From: Phoronis australis
Taxonomy: Eukaryota; Animalia; Phoronida
DNA length: 64,000 bases
Assembly: GCA_002633005.1 (NCBI GenBank)
Contig: NMRA01000415.1
Location: 62,001 to 126,000, forward strand
Direction of reading: 5' to 3'
Positions 49,885 through 62,107 of this stretch are shown piece after piece. The notes beneath the pieces are model-generated. The model was given only the letters and a program-made list of their open reading frames with translations, had not been told where the DNA came from and did not search any database. Numbering within the stretch: position 1 is the first letter of the stretch; each line of letters opens with the position of its first letter. Made by a program: the position numbers and the translations under genes.

Positions 49885-51438
49885 CAGTTGCGGATCTACG
49901 GGGGATTCAGGGGACCAGGACCCAAAAATAAAAAAAACAAAAACGTCTCCAGCAAAACAAAAACGGCACCGCTAGCGTGTGAGGCGGGGAGGCTGTTCTT
50001 TCACAAAGTCTTGCGGGACTCGTGCGAAGTTCAATAGGCCTCCTAACGAGCCCTAGTTCCGACCTCAACATCTACCGTCTTTCTACCTACAATAAGCACA
50101 CTGCCGTCTTCTATACTGGGAATTTCCGCAAAAAGTCCCACCCGATGAAACGCTCATGCCAATGGGCATTTAATTGATGTTAGTACTTCGGGTTTCAAAA
50201 GTTCAGACATTGGGGCGTTTATTTCGAAAATTGCAAGAGATGCAAATAGGTCCTAGCTGGGATACATCGTCAAGGTTTGAAATAGTCCATGATGAACGGA
50301 TCAAATTTAGTTGCGCATGAAAATCTTTTGAATGGTCTTGGCAACCTCAAGGGTCTTAGTGACAACTGAGCTGCGGAACAAGATGCTGACATTGTAGAGG
50401 CTTACAAGCTCATTGGCACAGCAGTTGACGAAGTGCAAGCGTTGGGAACAAACATCGAAGATATCTGGGTAGAATGGTTCCAAGAGGAGCAAAGCATTGG
50501 ATCCGATATACAGATTCCTCGGCAGTCTAGACAACAGGATAGGACTAACGTATGAGTAACCACTGGGATTAAAAAGTGTCTAGAGAGAAGTTTTCAAATA
50601 TTTTTTTTGCATAGTACACTTTATTTCTCGCAACTGACCAGACCAGCTTGATTTGTGTAGATGTTGAGTTTCAGTGTACTTCTGGTCCCTCTGCAACCTG
50701 GTCCAGTATACTGTATATTTTCACCGCTGTGCACAGGATGTTTTAGTTTCGTGAAACTGTTTTCAGATGATTTGTTTCCTGATACTTTTGACGTTTTTCA
50801 ATTATTGTCAACGTGAGTCAGCTTAATAAAGGGATACTTAATTATTTATTGTCGATTTTAATAATAGACTATGAGCTGAGAGCAACATCATTCGTCAGTT
50901 TTTCTCGTAACGAGACAAAACAAATGTTTATTTCCGGACTAACAATACAAGTCCTTCGTTCTTAAAGCACTTGAGGCTGCTGTTAGACGATCATCTGATA
51001 TTCAAGTTTTTACGCCCCGTGGGTACTCCTTATGCTCTTGAGTATTTGGAAGTTGTCTAAACCCCTGTATACACACCACACTTTTTCGTATACGACTTCT
51101 CGTGTACTAAAAAAGGAGTGTGTAAGCAGATGTTCCAACAAAAATTTTTGCTGGTGGCGTGACTCATACCCAGATGTGCACAATATGGTTTCACGAAACT
51201 TATGAGCCAAGTTGATGTGACAAAATCGAGAAGGGTTTTTAATTATCTTAAAAAAACTCCAAATATGTTAAGTGCCAGAAACTTACCAGGATGCATGGAA
51301 ATTTTACTACTTGGCTACAAAAAACAAAGAATGTCTTACACGGGAGGGGAAACCGCCCCGCTCAGCGTCACGCGCCTACGATTCGACCTGTGCGGGAATC
51401 TTAACCCCCTCCTTACTGAAAACGTAGATCCACCACTG
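49885..51438 (+). mobile_element. hAT (Tip100/Blackjack, PRKRIR-like) deletion derivative with transposase fragment
   Basis: TIRs CAGTTGCGGATCTACG / CGTAGATCCACCACTG, with flanks TCGAAC / CCGAAC. Region 50307-50550 reads LVAHENLLNGLGNLKGLSDN*...DADIVEAYKLI...IEDIWVEWFQE...IPRQSRQQDRTN, like the helical insertion region of PRKRIR-type hAT transposases. Confidence 0.75.
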
Positions 51439-54400
51439 CCGAACAAGTTGGGAACTAGGCAACGGGAAACGCATGAATGCACCCAGTACTTTCACATCAT
51501 GGTATCCAGGTTCTCCACATGAGCCGCACTGAAAAAGTGAGAGGGTTAAATCCCCATCAGCCACCCCGGCTGTGGTGCACCGCCTATAGACCACGTGCGC
51601 CGGCCATGTTTGCCGTGGCATGCATTCACTACTAAGACCCAAGCTCATGAGCTGGATACACCAATGTGCAATGCTCGAGTTGGCAAGGATTTAACCCGGG
51701 TCTTTCAAACTAGCCAAACTCTCCTCCATTGTGCTTTAACTTTATGAGCCCGTCTTCTGTGCGCATTTCAAAAAGCAAACTTTAAGACCACCGTACGTGT
51801 AAATACATGTAGGAGGCCAGCGTGCACTCGCAATGACCGTCGTCACTTGAAGTTGGAATCGGACATTTCTATACTTGTGTAAAATATAGTCACAAGTTTA
51901 TAAAACGTTGAAACTTATCCTCAACAGAAAGTCCAACAATCAAGTGTACTTCATTTAATCCAAATCGGTAAAAACAGGAATGACGTTACATGTAGGTACA
52001 TAAGCATAGTGAAAGGATAGCCGCCTGTGCATGCATACATGTATACAGTGTATATTAGTCGCACAAGCTTATAAGTGTTTGAAAGAATTTGTGGTGTGTA
52101 TTAAACGTGGGATTGGTGAAGGAGGTAGTTTCGCATTTTCACGAAGACGAGATGTAACAACTAAACTACTTTATTATATCACTACGCGCTGAAAAATATT
52201 TCTTTAATGTCATAACAAAGAAAAGGTAATTTACTATAACATCTTGAATTATGAACATTTTAGAAAAAGATGGATCCCTGTAGGACGTTTTTGTTGAACA
52301 TTGTACATGTGACCGGCTATGGTCTATTTCCGGTGTGACTGGTGTGTGTATAATCTTCATACGCTTGTGTATTTACTCCCTGTAAGGTTAATGTTTATAG
52401 CATGAGTTGTGGTTTTAAGTATAATAAACGTACTTGCGTTAATGAAAGTGTTTTGCAGTTCCCAAAAAATTCAAATCGAGGTATTTTTGTGCCGCCATTG
52501 ATTTGATTCTCGCGATAGTCCAGTTCCGAGCGCATCAGTGAGTTTCGTAGAATGCCGACAAACATTTTAACTTTGTGTGATTCAATTCTGCCTCATTACA
52601 GGGGTCAGAATGGCCCATGACAAAGGGAAGAAAACTTTTTTGTATTGTTCGACAAATAAATCGCCTTGTGATACAAATAGTTTTTGTGTTGTAAAATTTA
52701 ACTACAGGGATTTTTTTGCATGGATAAAGTCAAAATAATGATAACAAGATATGAGAAAAGAGGAAACTGGAAATCAAATAAGAAAATATTGAAACCAAAC
52801 AACGAGGAAATTTTCTTAAAACAGGAAAATTCCAAGCCACGTTATTAGGAGACGTTCAAACTATTCGGCAAGGCCCTCATGGGCGATCAGCTGAGTGTAA
52901 AGCAACGGCCTTTACAAACATCAATTTCGCGTTTTCTTCAGAAAATTGAATAAACAAAACTCCTTCCCGATTGTATCGACTACTCGAGTCCCAAGAAGCA
53001 TACAAAAAAGTTAAGCGAGTCACGCACATTTTCCCTTTTCAACATTTGTAGTTCACCACACGCAGCCATGTCGCGTTTATCCAGGAAGTGTCTCGATACG
53101 AGAAGACGAATTAAACACAGCGAGAGCGATCATTGTAAAAAAATTTTATTTCATAGAGCACGTGCAAAGAATAACACGTTGCGATTCTCCTTAAACAGGT
53201 CCCAAACTTTCGTTAATATTCTTTCAGTAGAGGTAGCAACTTCATATTTTGCAGACTGTCCGTGTCAATTTTATGTATTGAGCTCGGGCTGATGTTTCAC
53301 ATTTTTTTAGTGATTGGCGGCACCCTAGCAGTTTTCCGACGCTCGTAGCATTTAGTCCAATGAAGGACTTGGGTAGCACAAATAATGTCTTTAAACATAC
53401 ATGTGGCCTAGTAATCGGCAAGATAGCCTAATTGAGACGAAGCTTTACAACTATGGTTTCGGGTACCTTTGTAGCTGGTGCTGGAAATATCCCTCACCAG
53501 CAACTCGATGCGCCTTTCCAGACCAAAAATGAGTTGCTCTGTGGAATACATCCGTGGGTTACGAAATTGACAATGTCGAAAAAATGGTGACGAGATGCGT
53601 TGAACAATCTTTGCAACACGTGCCACAACATTTGTTGGCGACAGAATTGTGCAGGTTTACTCAAAGTTTCGAGTCTGTGATTTATTCCAAGTAGGAAAAA
53701 ATTAGCGACAATTAGGGACCTGTTTCCGGTTAACCATCTTGTACATTAGAAACCACCAGTCGAAAAATATTCAGTTTAAAATTTATACTTCCAATAAAAC
53801 TTGTGAAAATGCATCAAACATCACGACGACTACGGAGTTGATCTAAAATCTAACAATTAAAGCTGAGTTATAAAACAAAAGTAAGTCACGACAAATTAAA
53901 GGCATACACAATGCACATATCATCACAATTCCCAGTATTTCAAGTGAACACAAAAAGCCATAACAGCACTATCTGGACAACGAGGACATGATTAAAGATA
54001 ATTAATATCACAATGACTTATAACCATGTATTTAGGGCCCATTTGCCTGTATCCGAAATATTTTTTAACTTGCTGAAGTGTTCGCACCAAGGCATATTCA
54101 CTGTAATCCTCACTGTTAGTGCAAACAGTCAACCCTTGTACATGTGTATGTTATCAGTCAGGAGCTATTCATGATTAATTGCCATGGCCAATGAATTATC
54201 TACCTGCCAGGTATTTCTGAAGCATGCACACCAAGAAAGAGCCCCATGGGTTTTTTGGAAACCCGATTTAACAAGCACCGATATGGAAGCTTTGTTGAGA
54301 TCATGCATAGTTGTGAAAATGTGGGTAAGAGGTCATAATTTTCTGGATTTTTATTGCAAAACAGTACTCCTCAAAAAAGCAATGGTAAGAATTTTTCATA

Positions 54401-56854
54401 GTAGCCAAGTTGTCCACCAAGAGAAATCTTCCTTAGACAGCACCCCCAAGTTTCTGGATGCCGCAGTCATTTTGGCACAATGAATATTTAGGAAATTTGT
54501 AAATCCGAGGTACTGATATATTGAGCAAATTAAGAACTTTAGACTGGATTATTGATAAAATGGAGGTCATTCCACAGAACACAGCTACATGTACACTGGC
54601 ACTTACAACATCATTTCACTTGAACACAAGAAACAGGCAAAAAGCCATGTAAAAATGAACCAAAAATTACTGTGAGCAGAATAATTTCAGCACAAGACTC
54701 ACACGATTTCAATATTTGAATTTCATGATTTATGACGACACTGCTACATGTACCTCAAAAAAAGCTCAGTTTAAAGGTTTTGTCTAACAAAGAGGCGAAT
54801 TTAGCAACGTCATATACAACTCATACAGCAGTAAATGAACAAGGCTAAAGTAGTAATTAAATACACTAGACTGGTTTTCACCTAATCAAGGAATTTTTCA
54901 CTTGCTAAGTATTTAGTGACACCACAATATACAATCGACCTTGTAGTAAATAAAAAGCACTCAAACCTAAACTAGAGTAATTTCATTTAATCAAGAAATT
55001 TAATACTTGCTGAGCATAATACACCACGCATACAACTGAACTGGCAGTAAACGTATAAGGCTATCATCAGAATTCACAAATTGTATCCGACAGTGGCCTC
55101 TGGTGACAGAACAGGCACAACAACTGCGTCTATCTGACTCCAAAATGCTGTACACAAGTCTCTTTACAATGCCTCGGTTGCATAAATGATGTGATGCCGA
55201 TACAATGAATTCGCGGCCAACATTTGGGTGATTGCCAGGTGCGTTGACCAGTGTATTCTGTAAGTCACTTGACAGCCATCTTTGTCACGATGGTAATAAT
55301 GACACACAGCCTATGAGGAAGCTATCAGAGAATGTTTAACGCACTGATGAAAGAATAATGCCAATTTCCAGGGTACTGATAATACTGACAATGATCAGAG
55401 GATGACCATCCTGTAGTTCACACCAATCTTTCAATCACACAACTCGGTCACCTCGAGACCTTTTTACGCATAGCGAAAATCAAAAAACATAGGTGGGATA
55501 CAAGTGCTGATCTAGAACGTGCCATGCAGGTGATCACCTACATGTAGTCTGTATGGCGGTAGCTGATTTTACGTAGATAGTTGCTGCCTGTTAGCTGGCC
55601 GGTTGAACCCTTCTAGTCGCAACAGATCATATATCTACGCCTTTTGGAGGAAACATTTGGGAAAATCATTATCCCACAATCCTTTGTGTAGATCCATAAA
55701 TAGGTCAAAGGGCCCTCTTTGTCTCCTTTATTGTTTTCTCATTTACACAAGCACATCTCAGCCTCTCCTGCCAAGTATTAACTTTCATTTAGTGACATGG
55801 TCATCACTGCATGGCAACACTGGTATCCTGCATTAAGTCTTGGTGGTGGCTGCTGAAAGTTAAAAAAATGGATGCAGAAAATGACTGGCTCTTCAGTACA
55901 CACAACCTTTATTACACGCGATCGCACTTTGCAAATTTCTCGAAAAACTAAACAAGAAGATTCTACTTCGTAACAAAAATATATCTGGAGTTTGTAACAG
56001 TCATAGAACAGTTTAGTATTTGGTGCATTTTTATTGAACAAGCTTTTGAAAAAATAAGCAATTATTTTGATGTTGAGTTTATCATAAATGGATTGAAATT
56101 GTTTCACAAAAAGTTTCTTGATTTTTAAGAAAAAATATTTTTTTAAACCCACAAAACAGTATTCAAGTTAACAGAACCAGACTGGCCACTTAGTGTGCCA
56201 CGATTCTAACCAAATTGGGTGCTAAGCTGCAGCAAGTACACAACATGCCCGACAAGTGAAATAATGTTTTGTCAAATTTCTCCAAAAACTAAAGGATTTC
56301 AAACTTTAAGTCTTACAATACCACTAGCCTAATGCACAATCAAAATAGAGCTCAATTTGCTGAAAATCAAGCCTATTCATTTGCTGGTGAATTTACAGTC
56401 ACTCTCAATGAATACATGTCTGCACTGTTTTGAATGGATTGGGTTTCTTCCTCTCAATGTCCTGGCATCTCAATGGCAGGAAAAACGGCAATTTTGTGCA
56501 TTATAATTGTACATTCTACAAAAACTTGGTCACTGAAATGTCCAACTTATAGATTTTTAAGTGACCTTCACCAATACGCTGCAGCTATAAGTCGGCATTC
56601 CATCAACGAAGCTAAAATTTAAATTCAGATGACTAGTCCTGGAAATAGTCGGATACAACACGCCCACATTTCGAGAACCAATGTTTTGCTCATTATTTAG
56701 AGGAGAAACTTCATTTTTAGAACGTGGGATCATTATATCTGACTATTACTCAACTTTCTGCTGCAAAACAGTCTCAAATTGTTCCTTACTTAGATTAGCA
56801 GTGATTCATGGACTTGTAAAGAATCAGAATCTTGTTAAAACCCAACACCATGCT

Positions 56855-57005
56855 CGAGGAAGCAGTGGGGACTGGTTGAAAAGTGCCCGCTTTCTATACT
56901 CTAGGTCGTGGGTTCGAGTCTAACCAGGTCACACTGCTAAACCCTTGAGCAAGGTTTCTAGCTCCTCAGCTCGGTTTTAAAAATGTATTAATAAAGCATA
57001 AAAAT
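56855..57005 (+). mobile_element. tRNA-derived SINE fragment with central-domain-like motif
   Basis: B box GGTCGTGGGTTCGAGTC at ~56904, followed by CCCTTGAGCAAGG (typical CORE/V/Meta-SINE body motif) and an A-rich end. Confidence 0.55.
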
Positions 57006-58049
57006 AGTTCCAGGCGATCAGTGCAATGGGTCCACATGCGAGGGCTGCGCACCTCTGGTACAACGTGTATCAGACCGCCTGCAATTATTTTTTAACACCA
57101 AGCTCAGTTCAAAAATCATCTGCCTTAAAAATTGACTTGTTGATCCTTCCTTGAACAATAACAAACTACCAGAGTAGGAAATCGTCACGGGACAAATTGA
57201 GAACAAAGCCTTAGGGTAAGTGGTCTAAATTGAATGTTATATTGGGCCAAAGTTCAAGTTTATAACAGCTTCAAGGAACAAAAGAAAACTGTTTGCCTTC
57301 GGGAGAAGTATGATATGCACAACCACATTACACTCCCAGTTCATGAATTATTGTCTAGTTTTAGATATTCTATATAAAGGCTAAATATACATGTATCAAT
57401 GAAGGCCACTAAGCGCACAGACAAGCCAAATCTGCCTATCGCTAGGCAAATTAAAATAGTTCAGCCAGTTTTACCAAGAACATGCTGCCATCTGGTGACA
57501 GAAGTTGCATTGCTTTGTGGTTTGTGCTCATGCTCCAATACCAACTACAATTGATCATTATGAGAAGCAGGTTGCAACATGCCATTAGTGTTCCCAAGCA
57601 AACATGCACTCAATGAGATATGGTGACATACACAAACAAGAGCAATGAAATGCGTCCACAACTGCACCCCAAATGGTATGCTTCTACGGGCGTTTACTGG
57701 CATCATGAAGTGGCCATTAGACAGCATGTAGTGCCTTGTACTTTGCAAAAATGGGAAAGCGGCAGCGTCGTCTCCCCAACAGACTGGGGGTAAAATGCTA
57801 GCGATCTTTGTCAGTGTAAGCACATCTTATACATTGGCAAAAGCTATTTGAAGCACCACAGAAACCCAGAATAAAAAACAAATTGCCAAAAAATGACACA
57901 CTAGCACAGCATTAGAATGTCAGAAACAAATTTCCACTTGGAACTCTTCCATCATTTTCTAGTGGTAACACAAAGCAGTGCTAATCATATAAAAATGGAC
58001 AAAGAGCAACACCTTCATCATAAGGACATATTCTGAGTTCCATAAAGGA

Positions 58050-59240
58050 CTGTAGGTAAAAATAGAAACATCGAACGTGTCAGTCGATGGTGCTGCAGTA
58101 GCCAGACACATGGAAACCAACGCTACCAATTTCTTCAACAGGAGTATTCAAAGACATGTTGGCATAAAAAAATGCCAAATGTTGAGAACAGCGGTAGTTG
58201 GATCTGTCCAAATGTTGGCGTTGTACGTTGTCAAAAATACACTTGCCAAATTTAATAAAAATCCTGCAGAGGGTTAAGGAGATACAGCTAAAGACGTAAA
58301 AAAAACAACTGCCACTAGGTGGTGCCATAGTAGTCAGAGTTTTCTGAAAAAAACATCAACCACCTTGACAGTAAAAACATACAAAGTCATGTTTATTTCA
58401 TAATCATCCTTGGAGTGGTTTGCCTGAGAGAGAGGTGTACACCAAAAACAGACTAAAAAACAGTGAAATTGGCCAATAGATGAAGCTCATTATATCATAT
58501 CCATCTGAAAACAAAAATATGTCATCGACTCTTTAAAAGAAATCTATTTACCAAATTTCATAAAAATCTGTCGAGGAACTTCAAAGGAAAACGTAAAAAA
58601 ATGAAATTGCCACTAGGGGGCGCAGGACTCATCAGATCCATCCAAAAGTAGCCATCTGTTATCAATTTCATAATTATAATAAATGCACTTGTCAAATTTC
58701 ATAAAGATCATGCAGGTTTATGAAATAGACGTGAACGCAAAAATACCAAAAGGAGGTGCCACTGTAGTCAAAGTCATCCGAAAATAATTGTCCGCCGTTA
58801 TGTTTACAATAGGAACGCATATTGCAGTTTTCACCATCATCCTCGGATTGTTTTGGTTGATAAGAGAAGCGGACAACAAAAAAGACTTGAACACAGTAAA
58901 AATGGCCATTAGGAGGCACAAAATACCTTGAATCCATCAAATATGGGAAGGTGGCGTCATCCCACTAATAGATTCCTATATTCCAAGTTTTAAGAAAATA
59001 CAATTATGATGACCTTCACAGATATAGAGGTAAACGTAAAAAAACTAAAATTCTCAATAGGACCAACATTGATAGTCCGAACTGTCTGAAAATTCGCTCA
59101 TGCTGTCCGAACCATGAAAGAAACCTATCTGCAAAATTTCATGAAATCAGAATATGTAAGGGTTTTGGAGATAGAGCAGCGGAAGCTGGACATATAGACG
59201 GGGATGCGCCCACATACAAATATACGCGGGTGCATAATGA
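58050..59240 (+). repeat. Element with degenerate ~150-bp internal tandem units (Helentron/HINE-like non-autonomous element)
   Basis: Recurring CAAATTTCAT(A/G)AAAATC (~58246, 58552, 58693, 58984, 59132) alternates with GCCACTAG(G/T)GGCGC-like motifs (~58310, 58609, 58905). The 3' end has a short inverted repeat near 59205-59236. Confidence 0.5.
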
Positions 59241-59293
59241 CCAATTCATGTACCTCTAAGAAAACTTAGTTTACAAATTAATTCACAATTCAC

Positions 59294-62107
59294 TTACAGT
59301 ATCTGCTCCAACTCTGGCATTTCTTCATCACCACGAAAATACCTAATACGTAGAAAAAGAGAACATCACACAAAATTATTTCATAAAGATGACTTGGGCT
59401 GCAACTTTACGTATTCTTAAAAAGAATGAAAAATCATACAATATTCAGTCGCACGGGGAATCATATCTATTCTTTGTAGAAATCCAGTTGGATTTAACAA
59501 AAAGTCGATTGATTACACAGCACTCATTTCAGACAAGCGTGATACAGTTAATGATTTAATACCATACACCTGAGTAATTAAGTAAACGTGAATCCCCATA
59601 ATTTATGCAGGCAACAGATTTACCAACTTTTGGACCTCTAAGCTTGCGAGAAAGTTTTAGTAAACTAAACAACAACTAACTCGCACAACACATCGTGAAA
59701 AATTGTAAACATGACATACAATAGTAATGTTTTAAGATTCAATATTTTCACTCTCTTGGTGATCTCATCCACAGCTATCCAGTTTGGATATCAAAACCAA
59801 CAGAGAAGTGTCTCAGTGAAGACAACTAAGTGATAACAATAACAAAAACAATGAGATTTTTCAACTTCAATATGTTTCCATGTCTCAAATATCATCACTG
59901 GGACAAGCAATCAAGGTCATATAGACAGTATACAGTAGAGCTATAAACATGCATCATAGCATTAGAAACAAAACATCAGCGCTTATTCTTATCAGCCTTG
60001 AGCTATCTGAATGTGAAGTGACTGAAGGATTTTGAGTTCCTTTGTTGTTTCAGGCTCATCAAGAATACTAAGCAATTGCAGAATTTGCATTCAGTATTGC
60101 AGAGGCTGCACCTCTGAAAGTGGTCATCAATGTAAGAACAATTTCAAGTACAGAAATTTTCTTTAGAGAGAACTCTGCAACAGGAACAAAAAAGAAAGAC
60201 TTCAATCATTTTTGGAGAGTTGGTTAATCAACTCCATTAATTGATACAGTAATTAAGTTCTTAACTTTCTCCAAGAGACCGTATAAGAAACGATTTACCA
60301 CAAGCAGTAACAAAGTATAACTGTTACTGTTTTTGGAAAAACATTCCAGCTTACTCTTCAAAGCCTGTCAGAAGTTCCCCACTTGCATTCTCCACAGCAT
60401 TCATTTCATTCAGAGTTGGCATCGGCTCCACCATCAGCGGTGAAGAGTTGTAAACTATACCGTCGGCGCCTGCATGACCATAGAGGGCAGCAGAGGAGCT
60501 AACTGGGGAGTAGACGGACACCGCAGCTGGTGAAACGGGCTCAGAATGCACGACAGACGGAGGAGACATAACGGAGTCTGTGTCTTGGTAGGAGTAGTGA
60601 CTCGGAGCCGGAGAAGTAGCACAAGAATTAGCACGGGGTGTGTGGGAGCTGCCATTGCTAGTGGTGAAGGAGAGAGGAGGCGTTAATTAATAAAGAATGT
60701 AACGTTCGACAACATATATATTAATTATGATAATTCCTCACTTATTTGGCAAACGATATGGCTGACAAGTGAAATGCTGTTTTATCAAAAGTCTCCACAA
60801 AAATAAAGATACACAAAATTTTAGTTAGCTTTATAATTGGAAAGTATGTTCTGTGACGATGTCATCAAACAACTTTCAGTAAATTTTCTATTATTTGCAG
60901 CAAAGTGACCAGCTTTTGAAAAATGCAAAAATTTCAATTTTGGCAAATATTTTTGTGCCGAGCAAGTTGAGAATTATGGTTGATATTTTTTCAAATGAAA
61001 GTTTCTTAATTAGCGTCAAAGTGGATGGAACAGTTCCGCACTTTTTATATTATCCAATTTAGGCCATAAAAATTGTAGAGACAAATCTATGCCTTGCTTT
61101 TACAGTGTAACATTTTATTTGTATTTTCTTAATGTAGCAGTTCAATTTTTGTGATAAGTAAAATTCCGCAAAATTTACATAATATTCGGCAATAAGTGCG
61201 GAATATTCCGCATGGCAAAAATCGAATTGCTAATTTCAAAATACTAACTGATGAAGTAAAAATTAAAGTAACACTGGCTATAAACATTTTTAGGGGAAGG
61301 TTTGCAACGTTGCAAGACCAGTGCAATCCTGTAATCACATCATTAATTATGGTAAAATATCACCAATTTTGGACAAAAGCTAAAATTGCTCGTTCGTTTT
61401 TCAAGGGCTTCTAGCAAGCGGTGAACGGCCACAATGTTTCACTGGTAACTAAAATAAAAGTACAGAGCTTGGACATTTGGTGCTACGTTTCTTTATGGAA
61501 ATATGAGAAAATTAAATGACTTTGTATTGTTGATATGTTGTGTCCTGAATTGGTGAAATGTCAACATATTGCACACTACCGCCAGAATGATGCATCACCA
61601 AGTAGCTGTTGGCACGCAGTCTGTTGTCAACATCACAGTACAGAGAATCCATTTGTTAGGTTTCATTGCTGCACTAAAACGTAGACAAAATTACCCAGCA
61701 GAAGAGTCGTTGCCAGGCACCACCAACTGTTTCATGTAGGGTGGTGTCTGGCAGTGCCTGTTTCCACATTATCGTCGGGTACAACACAATGTCCAAACTA
61801 CATAGTACAGTGAAAGAAAAAGTGCACTATGCTTAAGTGATGTTGAGAATATTCAACTCGAAAATAAGATAACAACCATCTGGATCTAAAATTAAGGACA
61901 CTAGGTTTCATTAAGCCTTCGTCCAGGTGCAGAGCTGTGAGGCCCAACTTGGCTACTTCAATCAAGGGACTCAGACGGGTCCAAAACCCCACTACCTGAA
62001 AGATTTATTACTAAGATAACGCCATACAAAGTATACTTGCCTGACAGTGAGCTTCAATTGCAATATTTTGTAAGCATACGAGTCGTGTTCGTCTGCTTCC
62101 ATAGTAT
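59294..62107 (-). CDS. 3' end of a gene with a Ser/Pro-rich acidic C-terminal tail (gene continues beyond the window; identity unknown, possibly STAT-like)
   Basis: Exon 62107-62041 (xTMEADEHDSYAYKILQLKLTV, donor CAG|GCAAGT) joins exon 60657-60355 (SNGSSHTPRANSCATSPAPSH...VMSPP...GFE). This splices in phase 2 to either 60174-60144 (EVLSKENFCT*) or 59342-59294 (EYFRGDEEMPELEQIL*). Confidence 0.65.
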
